Assembly: GCF_006345805.1 (NCBI RefSeq)
Contig: NC_042999.1
Coordinates: forward strand, 62,682,001-62,746,000
Reading direction: 5' to 3'
Length of the DNA: 64,000 nt
DNA from: Octopus sinensis
Lineage: Eukaryota
Position 1 is the first letter of the stretch; every line of letters begins with the position of its first letter. Both the position numbers and the translations under genes were made by a program. Positions 24,055 through 36,028 of the stretch are shown in pieces. The notes beneath the pieces were generated by a model, which made no database searches, was not told the origin of the DNA, and worked only from the letters and a program-made list of their open reading frames with translations.

Positions 24055-24329
24055 TGTGGTGTGGTGATGAAGGAGTGTGACGGGACGGGCGGGAGCGGAA
24101 GTGATGCTTACAGGTCTTGCAGGGCGCATGCGCCGGCGGAAGCGGAAGCGAGAGACTCAACGCACGTGCGGCATCGAGCGGCTACGAGAGACCCCAGCAA
24201 GGCACCGAGACGACAACACGCGAGCAAGTTGGCTGAAGGCCATCCGACTTCATCCCCTGTCAGGCAAGACCTTATTGCACTTCTGTTTCCTATTTCCTTG
24301 TTTCCGTTGTGCTCCTTTCATCAACCACA
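24055..24329 (+). repeat. 5' LTR of Gypsy element
   Basis: Begins TG and ends CA, with imperfect terminal inverted repeats (TGTGGTGATGAAGGAG / CTCCTTTCATCAACCACA). Direct repeat of 28037-28301. Confidence 0.9.
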
Positions 24330-24373
24330 AGCTATTTTGGCATTTAGTCAGCGTTCACATTTTTTTCAACACG

Positions 24374-25132
24374 ATGTCGGCAAAAATTAGGATCGCCAGT
24401 GACGTCGTTAGACCTTTTAACGGCGAAGGCGATGTAGTGGCCTGGATTCGGAAAATCAGGCTGGTGGCGAGACTGCAGGGCATAAGCGACGTGGCGAGTC
24501 TTATGGCCCTGTATTTGGAAGGAAGTGCGTTGTCGCTCTACCTAGAAATGGACGAAAAAGAACGGCTCTGCGATGGGAATATAGAGCGGCGCTTGTGTGA
24601 TGCATACACGGAATGCGAGTACACAGCTTTCGCTAAGCTGGGTGCAATCAGGTGGACGGGAGGCCAGGTAGATGATTTTGCGGCGGAAGCTAGAAGGCTA
24701 GCGACTCTGGCCGGGTTTGCCGGAGAAGGACTGGAGAGAGCAGCCCGACTGGCATTCGTAAATGGCTTCCCCGATGACGTAGGAATTCACCTACAACAAC
24801 TGCCCGGGGTCAAAAAGATGCCATTGAGCGAGCTTGTAACTCATGCTCGCGGGTTGACGAGACACTCGGGGCGGAAGGGGATAGCGATGGCGGTGGCGCG
24901 TAAAGACGGACGACGTCACGAGAAAGAGGTACGGAAGCCCACCGTGCAACGAGAGCGGCCGTTCTCAGGACGATGTTTTAAATGCCAGGGACCGCACATG
25001 GCGCGGGACTGTACGCAGCTGGGGCCAGTTTGCTATCGATGCAGGCAGACAGGGCACATTGCCCGTGATTGCGGCCAGGGAAACGACCGCGGGGAAGTTG
25101 CTGCCTCTCGAACTTTCCCCTCAAACGAGTAG
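24374..25132 (+). CDS. gag: Gypsy Gag with two CCHC zinc knuckles
   Basis: First ATG after the LTR (MSAKIRIASD...). Knuckles CFKCQGPHMARDC and CYRCRQTGHIARDC. Confidence 0.9.
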   Translation: MSAKIRIASDVVRPFNGEGDVVAWIRKIRLVARLQGISDVASLMALYLEGSALSLYLEMDEKERLCDGNIERRLCDAYTECEYTAFAKLGAIRWTGGQVDDFAAEARRLATLAGFAGEGLERAARLAFVNGFPDDVGIHLQQLPGVKKMPLSELVTHARGLTRHSGRKGIAMAVARKDGRRHEKEVRKPTVQRERPFSGRCFKCQGPHMARDCTQLGPVCYRCRQTGHIARDCGQGNDRGEVAASRTFPSNE

Positions 25133-27999
25133 AGGCGCTATTGGAGACACTGCCAGTGATTGACGTGGAGGCCGAGGGGGAGACGTTCAAGGCCCTTGTG
25201 GATACGGGCTGTACGACCACCCTGGTGACTTCGAGGGTGACGAAGGAATGGAACGGGGTGTGTAGTGTCCGGGCGGTCGACGGCAGCGAAATCCGTTGCA
25301 GAGGCAGCAGCACGGTAGAGATAGTGGTGCGCGGCGCGACGCTAAGGCTACAGGCAATTGTGGCCGAACGCGTGATAAATGGAGTTGATGTGGTGATGGG
25401 GATGGACGCCATCAACTGCCTCGGTGGCGTCAGCGTTGTGGGAAATAAGGTCACGTTCGGAAGCATGGGGGCGTCGTGCGCTGCGAGTCAGGATCACCAG
25501 AGGGAGCAGAGCCCCGCGAGGGACGGCGCTGCTTACACCATCGAGGACAAGGACTTTCAGGTGGCGTTCGATGGTCGGCGGTGGACGATAGAGTGGAAAT
25601 GGAAGGACGAGCCCCCGACACTGGAGAACAGGGTGAGCTGTTACCAGCATACTCTGAAAGGCCATGCCAGGGTTGAGTTTGAAGACGAGGTGGAGAGGTG
25701 GATCGAGGAAGGGATCCTTGTCCCTTGGAAGGAGGAGGTAGCGCGCGGAGTGCTACCCCTGATGGCGGTGGTGCAGCCTACGAAGGGAAAAGTCAGACCG
25801 GTGCTGGACTTCAGGGAGTTAAACCAGCACATATCGTGTCACACGGGAGGTGAGGCGACAGACGTTTGTGGTGAGGCATTGCGCAAGTGGAGACAGTCGA
25901 CTGAGGCAGCGACGATTGTCGACTTGAGATCGGCATACTTGCAGCTCCATGTGAGCGACAAACTATGGCGATATCAGCTGGTGCGGTACAAGGGCCGGAC
26001 GTACTGTCTAACCAGGCTGGGTTTCGGGCTGAATTCTGCTCCGAAGATCATGTCGGCAGTGCTTAGGTCCGTCCTAGGGAAAGACGGCAAGATTAGAAAG
26101 GCCACCAGCTCCTACATTGACGACATTTTGGTGGACGAAACTGTAGTGGCAGCCGACGAGGTAGTGAGACATCTGGAGAAGTTCGGACTGATTGCTAAGC
26201 CGCCGGAGTCGATTGAAGGGGGAGCCGCACTGGGGCTGAAGCTGCGAAGAGATAGATCAGGTGAATTGGTGTTCCGGAGAGGAAATGAAATCCCAGAGCT
26301 GAGTTCCAGCGTCAGCAGGAGAGAGCTGTTCTCGGTGTGTGGGAAGTTGGTCGGTCACTACCCGATCGCTGGATGGCTGCGCACGGCGTGTAGTTACACC
26401 AAGAGACGAGCAGAAGGAGAGAGGTGGGGCGACAAGGTGGGAGAAGGGACGGTGGCGATGATGCAGGAGATCCTAGAGAGGACAAGAGCGGAAGACCCGG
26501 TCAGGGGGAACTGGTACGTGCCCAGGACGAAATGCGGGACTGTCTGGTGTGACGCTAGCAGTATAGCGACAGGGGTGGTGTTGGCAATCGAAGGCACTGC
26601 GGTGGAGGACGCGTCCTGGCTTCGGAAAGCAGATGATTTCAACCACATCAATGTCGCCGAACTAGACGCGCTACTGAAAGGGGTGAACTTGGCCTTGAAA
26701 TGGGGGCTGCGCACGATTGAAATGCGGACGGATTCGGCCACTGTGCTTGGCTGGGTAGGATCAGTGATCACCGGTGACAGGAGAGTGCGGACGAAAGGTG
26801 CTGCGGAGATGTTAGTGAAGCGCCGCCTAGGAGTTCTAGGTGAACTGATCGCCGAATTCGGACTCAAGCTGAACGTGGTCTTCGTGCCTTCGGAGAAAAA
26901 CAAGGCGGACGTACTGACCAGGGTGAAAAGGGCGTGGTTGGAAGAACCGGAGGAGGCGCGGAGAGGGATAGCTGCGGCGTGTCGGTTGGATGACTCCGAG
27001 CTGAAGAAATTGCACGCTATGCATCACCTGGGTGTGGACAGGACCCTGTATCTGGCAAAAAAGATTGATGCTGACGTGACCAGGAGAAGCGTCCGGAAGG
27101 TGGTCGGGAGCTGCGACAGGTGTCAGTCCATCGACCCTGCTCCGTGTGGGCATGAACAGGGAAGCCTTTCCGTGGAGCAGAACTGGAAAAGGCTAGCTGT
27201 GGATGTGACACACTACCATCAGCGAACGTACCTCTCCATGGTCGACTGTGGGCCGGGCCGGCTGGCCATTTGGAGGGAGTTGAGATCGGGCATTGCTGAC
27301 GAGATCGTGCAGATCCTGAACGGGATATTTTTAGAGAGAGGTCCCGTGGAAGAACTACTGATGGACAACGGGGCGGCATTTCGTTCGGAAGCATTGAGGG
27401 TTATGCTTGATCGGTGGAACGTGCGACGCTTGTTCAGAGCAGCGTATAGGCCGGGCGGTAACGGGATCGTGGAGAGGCACCATTGGACAGTCAAGGCCAT
27501 AGCGGAAAGAGGGCACATTTCGCCGCTTGAAGCAGTTTTTTGGTACAACTTGTCTCCCCGATCCGGACAGGCTGAGGAATCGGTGCCACACAGAGCAATA
27601 TTCAGGTACGAGTGGAGGCATCCGTGTACTAAATCAATGCAACCCGGGGCAGAGGAAGAGCACGCCTTCGTGCGGGTCGGGGAGGAAGTCTGGGTAAAAC
27701 CCCCAAACGCACGGTGTACATCGCAATGGGGAAAGGGGACAATAACCTCCGTAAGTTCGAAAAATAACATCTCCATCGATGGTATGCCACGCCACGTTTT
27801 GGACATACGGAGGATTGTCCATGCCCCAGAGGATGGGACAAGCAACAGTGGGCAGGACGAAAACAACCGACAGGATGACGAGGTCGACAGCAACACGCCA
27901 GAAACAAGTCCCAGGGTCGCGCTGCGACCACAGAGGGAGCAGCACCCTCCTCCCTGGCTGGCTGATTATGAAACCAGTTTCGGGTGCGGGAGCGAGTGA
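25079..27999 (+). CDS. pol: Gypsy Pol (protease, RT, RNase H, integrase) in the -1 frame relative to gag
   Basis: Uninterrupted ORF: PR LVDTG; RT RPVLDFRELN, DLRSAYLQ, FGLNSAP, YIDD; RH VWCDAS, ELDA, TDS; IN HHCC plus DVTH...MDNG...VERH. Confidence 0.95.
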
Positions 28000-28036
28000 G
28001 GAAGCCGGTTCAGTGATTTATAGATCGGGGGGGGGG

Positions 28037-28301
28037 TGATGGAGGAGTGTGACGGGACGGGCGGGAGCGGAAGTGATGCTTACAGGTCTTGCAGGGCGCA
28101 TGCGCCGGCGGAAGCGGAAGCGAGAGACTCAACGCACGTGCGGCATCGAGCGGCTACGAGAGACCCCAGCAAGGCACCGAGACGACAACACGCGAGCAAG
28201 TTGGCTGAAGGCCATCCGACTTCATCCCCTGTCAGGTAAGACCTTATTGCACTTCTGTTTCCTATTTCCTTGTTTCCGTTGTGCTCCTTTCATCAACCAC
28301 A
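28037..28301 (+). repeat. 3' LTR of Gypsy element
   Basis: Matches 24065-24329 except A>G at 28042 and one C>T (CAGGC/CAGGT). Preceded by G10. Confidence 0.9.
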
Positions 28302-28729
28302 TGTTTTTACCAAACAACTAGGCAGTTCAACATGAAAAGACAAGTACCTTATTTAAAAACAAAGGTTGCCATCAGGAAGGGCAACCTACAGTTTATCAGA
28401 TCCACCCACACCATGGAAAATGCAAGCATAAAATAATGAAATTGGCAATACATAATATATACAAATATATTGCTATTTTCAAATAATTTCAATGGTGTAC
28501 AGAGTTAACAATATATAAAAGAATTTCTTTTTCTTTTTTTACAAATGTCAAGTTAATTCCTTAAAGAACATTTTTATGATTTAAATAGCATAAAATTTGC
28601 TTTTAATTTAACTTTTAAAATTAAAACTGAATAGTCAATCTTTTGAAAGCTTTCTTCCATGAAAAAAAAAATCCAAAGTTAATTTGACAAGTTGGCTTTA
28701 ATAACTAATAAAAAAATTAAGAATCTCAC

Positions 28730-28963
28730 TTGTTTCAATAGCTGAGTCAGAGAATTGAGGGGTATAGTATCAGAATCTTGACTGGAATTTGAAGACAGAG
28801 AAGTTGGTGCCTTCTCTCCAGATTCAGAGTCACACTGAGATGATGATATATTTGGTTTAGGTTCTGCTGTGTCAGTAACTGGTTGAGTTTCAACACATTC
28901 TGGTGCCACATAATCATGAAGAACCGGGCGGCTTATAGACAAATTTTTCAAAGACGGTACAGC
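28730..28963 (-). CDS. NBR1: NBR1 exon 6 (Ser-rich linker; AVPSLKNL...LTQLLKQ)
   Basis: TTTTAG/GTGAGA boundaries, 234 nt, phase 0-0. Overlaps ORF 28679..28951. Confidence 0.8.
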
Positions 28964-30180
28964 CTAAAATTTATCAAACAGAAAGAATATATTAAAACTA
29001 ATTACAATGTATTAACTACTGCAATCAGTTTTGTTCTCTTTTTCTTGATAACTTTTCCAGTATAAAACACATGACATTCAAAATTTTACACACTGCATTC
29101 AAAATTTAAAGTTAGTGAGATTAATGTAAACGATGGTGAACAAAATATCTGTGAGTGAGGCTGGTACTGTAGTATGCTCAGAGAAATCTGGATATGCAAC
29201 CTATATTTAATGCCCAGTTAAAACAGTTTCAATTATTTTGCTAATATCCTAATGAATTACATGCCCATTATACTTCCAATTTCTTAGTATATAAAATACA
29301 CCATAAAGTTGTTAGGCACAGGCATGGCTGTGTGGTTAAGAAGTTCACTTTGCAACCATGAAGTTTCAGGTTCCATCTCACTATGTTGCACCTTGAATAA
29401 GTGTCATCCACTATAGTCCCAGGTTGACAAAAGTCTTCAGCAAATTTGGTATTTGGAAACTGTGAAGAAGTCCATTATATATAAATATATCATCATCATT
29501 TAACGTCCGCTTTCCATGCTAGCATGGGTTGAACAGTTTGACTGAGGTCTGCAGAGCCAGCAGCTGCACCAGGCTCCAATCTGATCTGGCAATGTTTCTA
29601 CAGCCGGATGCCCTTCCTAACGCCAACAACTCCAAGAGTGTAGTCGGTGCTTTTTATGTGCCACTGGCATGGGAGCCAGTCAGGTGGGCCTGGCACAACG
29701 ATCACGTTCATGCCACCAACATAACCTGTGCTAGCACGCAAAACGGACGTTAAACGATGATGATGATATATATATATATATTTAATTTTATTTGTTAGGG
29801 AATAAAAATTCCGGCATAACAGAGGTTCAAATTATTCTCAATGAGGAATTGAAACATATACAGTCTTTATTAACCTTTTCCATTCCTTACATTTTTTGAG
29901 CTATATATCATCATTATCATTGTTTAACGTCTGCTTTCCATGCTAGCATGGGTTGGACGATTTGACTGAGGACTGGCGAACCAGAAGGCTGCACCAGGCT
30001 CCAATCTTGATCTGGCAGAGTTTCTACAGCTTGATGCCCTTCCTAACGCCAACCATTCCGAGACTGTAGTGGGTACCTTTACATGCCACCGGCATGTGGG
30101 CCAGTCAGGCGGTACTGGCAACGGCCACAAAAAAAATCATGTTTTTTTTTTCCTTTTCTTTTATATATGTATGTATATAT

Positions 30181-33100
30181 ATCATCATCATCATTTAGCG
30201 TCCGTTTTCCATGCTAGCATGGGTTGGACGGTTCTACTGGGGTCTGTGAAGCCAGAAGGCTTCATCAGGCCCAGTCAAATCTGGCAGTGTTTCTACGGCT
30301 GGATGCCCTTCCTAACGCCAACCACTCCGTGAGTGTAGTGGGTGCTTTTTACGTGCCACCCGCACTGGTGCCAGACAGAGCTGGCAAACGGCCACGAACG
30401 GATGGTGCTTTTTATGTGCCACCGGCACGAGGGCCAGGCGAGGCTGGCAACGGACACGAAACGGGGCGGTGCTGGCAACGGTCGCGAAACGGAAAGTTCT
30501 CTTACATGCCACCGGCACTGGTAACACATCTGCAATTTCCATTGATCGATTTCCATTGATCGATTTCGATTCTGATCCTCACTTGCCTCAATGGGTCTTC
30601 ACAAGCAGAGTTTCGACATGCCACCGGCACTGGTAGCACATCCGCAATTTCCATTGATCGATTTCGATTCTGATCCTCACTTGCCTCAACACGTCTTCAC
30701 AAGTAGAGTTTTGTGTCCCAAGAAGGGAAGGTATGCATACGTAGGCTGGCTCCATCCCATGTAGAAGGCCACGGGTTGTGGACTCACTTGTCCTGCCGGG
30801 TCTTCTCGCGCACAGCACACTTCCAGAGGTCTCGGTCTCTAGTCATTTCCTCAGTGAGACCTAAAGTTCGAAGGTCGTGCTTCACCACCTCGTCCCAGGT
30901 TTTCCTGGGTCTGCCTCTTCCACAGGTTCCCTCAACCGCTAGGGTGTGGCACTTTTTCACACAACTATCTTCATCCATTCTCGCCACATGACCATACCAG
31001 CGCAAACGTCTCTCTTGCACACCACAACTGATGCTTCTTAGGTCCAGCTTTTCTCTCAAGGTACTTACACTCTGCCGAGTGTGAGTACCGGCATTACACA
31101 TCCATCGGAGCATACTGGCTTCATTTCTAGCGAGCTTACGCATATCCTCAGCAGTCACGGCCCATGTTTCACTGCCATGTAGCATGGCTGTTCGTACACA
31201 CGCATCATACAGTCTGCCTTTCACTCTGTGCGAGAGGCCTTTTGTCACCAGCAGAGGTAAGAGCTCTCTGAACTTTGCCCAAGCTATTCTTACTCTAGCA
31301 GTTACACTTTCAGCACACCCGCCCCCGCTGCTGACTTGGTCACCTAGGTAACGGAAACTATCAACTATTTCTAGTTTTTCTCCCTGGAAAGTGACGGAAG
31401 TTGGTCTCAGAGCGTTTTCAGTGTTTATTGTTCCTGAGCATCTGCCACATACAAAAACCATCTTCCTAGTTAGCCTTCCTTTGACATTGCTGCATCTCTT
31501 ATGTGTCCATAGCTTACACTTGGTGCATCTTATAGAGTTTCTACCTACACCTTTTCTACAGATCGAGCAGGGCCATCTACCTGAAGGTGTTTGTGATTTG
31601 TCTACCTTCCTACTGATTACGACTTTGGTTTTAGCTAGATTGACTCTGAGGCCCTTCGATTCTAATCCTTGTTTCCACACCTGAAACTTCTCCTCCAGTT
31701 CTGATAGCGACTCAGCAATTAGAGCAAGGTCATCAGCATAGAGGAGCTCCCAAGGGCATCCTGTCTTGAATTCCTCCGTTATTGCCTGGAGGACTATGAT
31801 AAATAGGAGGGGGCTGAGTACTGAGCCTTGGTGGACCCCTACCTCTACCCGGAATTCTTCACTGTACTCATTTCCAACCCTCACCCTACTAGCGGCGTCC
31901 CTATACATGGCCCGCACAGCTCTCACTAACCATTCATCTATCCCTAGTTTTCTCATTGCCCACCAGATAAGGGATCGGGGGACCCTGTCGAAGGCTTTCT
32001 CCATGTCAACAAAAGCCAGGTACAGGGGCTTATCTTGGCTAGGTATTTCTCCTGCAGCTGCCTTACCAGGAATATAGCATCAGTAGTACTTTTCCCTGGC
32101 ACAAACCCAAACTGCATCTCATCTAAACTAACTCTCTCTCTAATTAGTTGGGCTATGACCCTCTCCGTAACCTTCATCACCTGGTCCAACAGCTTGATAC
32201 CTCTGTAGTTATTTGTATCTAGGGCATCACCTTTACCTTTGTAGCAGTTGACTATTATACTGCTACACCAGTCATTGGGTATGACCCCTTTGTGTATCAC
32301 CTGATTAACTATATGGGTGACTAGGCTATAGCCGACACTACCAGACATTTTGAGCATCTCTGCAGTGATTCCTGATGGGCCTGGGGCTTTCCCTGTCTTC
32401 ATGCTTCTAATTGCCTTAGCTACCACAGAACTATCAACTCGGATAGCTGGTCCCTCTGTTGGGTCAACATTCGGCAGACTCTCTTTATCCCATTCATTTT
32501 CTTCATTCAGCAACCTTTCATAGTGGCATCTCCAAACCTCTCTCTTTGCATCCTCATTTAGCGCAAGTGAACCATCTTCCATGCGAACACACTTCTCTCC
32601 TACCACATCACGATTCTCTCTCACACACTGTCTTGCAACACGAAACACCTCCAGTCTTTGGTCCTCACGGCGCAGAACATTGGCAAATTTTTTCTTATCT
32701 GCTTCCCCTCTCGCTAAATAAACCTGTCTCCTAGCTTCTCTTTTGGCAGTCTGATACAATTCCCTGCTACCCCCATTTTTCCAGACCTTCCAAGCCTGTC
32801 TCTTTTCTCTAATAGCCCTGTCTACAATATTGTTCCACCACCACGTTATTCTAGGTCGAGAGGGGACTTTGCACCAGCCACAGATCTGGTCAGTGGCTCT
32901 CAGCAGGTTGTCCCTTAGAAACGTCCAGCTGTCTTCTACCCCCTGTGATGCTCTATCCCCTTCTACTTCGTCAGAGGCTTCAAGTAATATGTCCCTAAAT
33001 CTCTGTCCATTTGCAGGATCTTTAAGCTTCCAGATCCTTCTTCTCCATATTTGTCGTCTTCTGGTTGTCCTCCTAGTCCTGATCCTAAAGTCACTAACTA

Positions 33101-33572
33101 CCAGTCTATGTTGTGGGGTACATTCTTCACCTGGGAAGGTTTTGGCATTTATAAGCAGCCATCTCTCCCTTTGCCTTGTAAGGATGTAGTCAATTTGGCT
33201 GGTATGTTGGCCCGATTGGTAAGTGACTAGGTGGCTGGTAGGTTTCCTGAAGTTAGTGTTGCAAATCATAAGATTATTTGCATCGCAGAACTCCAGCAAC
33301 CTGGTTCCCTCCTCGTTGCGGGAGCCATAGCCTCCATGTACGCCATGGAAGCCCCCAGCATGTCGTCCAACGTGACCATTGAAGTCACCAGCCACAAAGA
33401 TAAGGTCTCTGTCGTTTGTCAATGAGGTAGTCTGCAGTAGAGTGTCATAGAATCGGTCTTTCTGTCCATCGGGTAGCCCCGACTGAGGAGCATAGGCTGA
33501 TATAATGGTTGCTAAACTATGATGAAGCACTAATCTAATCTTAAGTATTCTGTCACTTACTCTGATTACCTC

Positions 33573-33576
<4 letters not shown>
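30181..33576 (-). mobile_element. RTE-clade non-LTR retrotransposon, 5'-truncated, one frameshift, (TGA)n tail
   Basis: APE endonuclease (AYAPQ, GDFNGHVG, SQIDY, TPQHRLV). RT (QFGFVPGKST, DMEKAFDRV, GVHQGSVLSP, LYADD, FRYLG). RTE C-terminus RGRPRKTW. About 600-bp 3' UTR ending GGACGCTAAA(TGA)n. 1-nt deletion near 32035 splits ORFs 31953..33644 and 30784..32004. Confidence 0.95.
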
Positions 33577-33628
<52 letters not shown>

Positions 33629-34246
33629 CTTCTGAAGCATACACTTCATTTTAATGGCTCCACAGAAACTATAGAATACTGAAAAAATACCCACCAACTC
33701 TGAGAGAATTGCTTCTTATAGTACAAAATGCTGCACACTAATGAAAGTGATTACAGGACTTCTTTTGTCATTCATTAACTGATATTGTGCTCTGTACTCT
33801 TCTGGTACTTTACTCTAAAAGCTGAGTTCTAACAACAGGTTATTAGTATCACTATGTCAAAGACAAATCATAATTATAATTATAAATAAATATATATATA
33901 TATTATATATATATATATATATACATATCATCATCATCATCGTCGTCGTTTAACGTCCGCTTTCCGTGCTAGTACGGGTTGGACAGTTTGACCAGGGTCT
34001 GGGAAGCTAGGAGGCTGCACCAGGCTCCAGTCTGATCTGGCAGTGTTTCTACAGCTGGATGCCCTTCCTAACGCCAACCACTCCGTGAGTGCAGTGGGTG
34101 CTTTTTACGTGCCACCGGCACAGGTGCCAGGGGAGGCTGGCAGCGGCCCCAATCAGTTGGTGCTTTTTTATATATATATATATATAATTATTAAAATGTT
34201 AAACAATGCTATCAACTGATTAAAAAGAAATATAGATTTTACTAAC

Positions 34247-34337
34247 TTTGGATCTTATAACTGCACCAGTTTCTTCATCTCTTGTTAAGACAGTGTTATT
34301 CTCACAGTTCATATCTACAATTGCAGGCTGGTTTGTT
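34247..34337 (-). CDS. NBR1: NBR1 exon 5 (linker; TNQPAIVDMNCE...VIRSK)
   Basis: TTTTTCAG/GTTAGT boundaries, 91 nt, phase 2-0, compatible with neighbouring exons. Confidence 0.75.
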
Positions 34338-35424
34338 CTGAAAAATAAGTATATCATTTGTTATCATTTCAATCATTTACCAGCATATAAATAAACCAAA
34401 CTATAACTTTACTGAACAATTTTCAAAAAATAATAATAGCTTTTGATCGTTGGATCTATCTTGTTAGGGTTGTGGTAGAATACACTATTTGGTAGTAAAT
34501 ATATTATTGATTTTACAGAATTTTCAAATCTTACACACAAATAAGAATATTTTCTTTGTTTTTTTTTCACTCTGACTTCTACTTTGCAGTTAAATTGTTG
34601 GTGTTTTATTTATACTTTAGAGATCCTACTGAATAATATTTCAAAAAGACCTGTTCATCAGAAAACAAAAATTAAATTAATTTTTTCCCCCTTTATCATG
34701 TATATTTGCTTTTGATACAGTTAATAGATAATGCTACAGCAATGAGGCAGGACGATCTTCACAAACTATCAAGTAGCTCACTTCTCTGATATTGAATTTA
34801 TAATATCATCAGTTTATCAGTTTAACATAAATTTTCCTATGTTGATATTGTCTAGATTTGTATTTTGTTTGGCAAGTTTGCCCAATTCCTTCTCAAGTGT
34901 CAGGTTTTGATAGAATGGGTTGAGTATATTTCATGAAACTCTACATTAGCAAAGCTGCCTTCTCGAGCATTAGAGACTTTCGCATTGTAGTACTTTGCCT
35001 GATTTATTTAACAATAAATGCTTTACTAGCTGGCTGAAGGAGTAAAAGACACTTATTGACAATTAAGAAGGGAGAACACCATAACAAAAATAAAGGTGTG
35101 AAGGAAAAGTATAATCGCAGATGGAAAAGTAAATAGAGAAGGGAACATGAGAATGGACATTACTGAAAATACCTCTTTCAGCAGGGTCAATTACTAGTCA
35201 ATCTTAAAAACAACTGAAATTATCATACTTGATGACATAAAAGAATATACTAGGTACATAAGTATACTAGACACACCCCAATTTCAGCAGTACATATTTT
35301 TAAAAAAATGGTTTTAAGTGCATTAAAGCTTGTAATGTGTGCTCAATCTTACATATAGGACCCAAGGTAATTTTTCTGAGACATTTAAAAAACATCTTTT
35401 ATGCCATCAAATACAAAACTCTTT

Positions 35425-35790
35425 TACTTGTTTCAGTCATTTGACTGTGGCCATGCTGGAACATCGCCTTTAGTCGAGCAAGTCGACCCCAGGACTTATT
35501 CTATCGGTCTCTTTTTGCCGAACCGCTAAGTTACGGGGACATAAACACACCAGCATTAGTTGTCAAGCGATGTTGGGGGGACAAACACAGACACACAAAT
35601 ATATAAACACACATACATACATACATACATATATACGATGGGCTTCTTTCAGTTTCTGTCTACCAAATCCACTCACAAGGCTTTGGTCGGCCCGAGGCTA
35701 TAGTAGAAGACACTTACTCAAGGTGCCACGCAGTGAGACTGAACGCGGAACCAATGGTTGGTAAGCAAGCTACTTACCACACAGCCTATT
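35425..35790 (-). mobile_element. tRNA/CORE-type SINE (fragments also near 15560-15715, 29315-29480, 40640-40850, 42990-43145, 52555-52695)
   Basis: Head GGCTGTGTGGTAAGTAGC, CORE-like ACCTTG(A/G)G(T/C)AAGTGTCTTCTAC, internal microsatellite. Confidence 0.7.
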
Positions 35791-35912
35791 CAAATTCAAT
35801 ATCTCTGCCCTGATCAGTAATCATCACTCTGAAAATGTAATCCCTTCTATTTTAAAATGTTAACCTCAGTCTTATGCATTTGCTATTTAATTTTCTAAAT
35901 AAATTCACTTAC

Positions 35913-36028
35913 TGTGTAGAGGAGTCCTTGCCAGCAAAAGGATTGCTGCTAGAGTCTACAAATTCCACTCCATTGACTTCATTGGAATTAATCAGTAATT
36001 CAAGTTCGTCATTATTTCTCTTGGCCAT
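35913..36028 (-). CDS. NBR1: NBR1 exon 4 (end of PB1; MAKRNNDELELLIN...)
   Basis: TAG/GTAAGT boundaries, 116 nt, phase 0-2, open frame. Confidence 0.85.

Larger units (their letters stand above)
24055..28301 (+). mobile_element. Full-length Ty3/Gypsy LTR retrotransposon, antisense in NBR1 intron 6
   Basis: Two LTRs share 265 bp with 2 mismatches. Intact gag and pol with PR-RT-RH-IN order. Poly-G PPT at 28027-28036. 5-bp TSD TGTTT at 24050-24054 and 28302-28306. Confidence 0.97.

Noticed and set aside
24978-27945. Numerous antisense and alternate-frame ORFs over the Gypsy pol (and over the RTE)
   Set aside because: Expected shadow ORFs in GC-rich coding DNA, with no motifs or independent signals.
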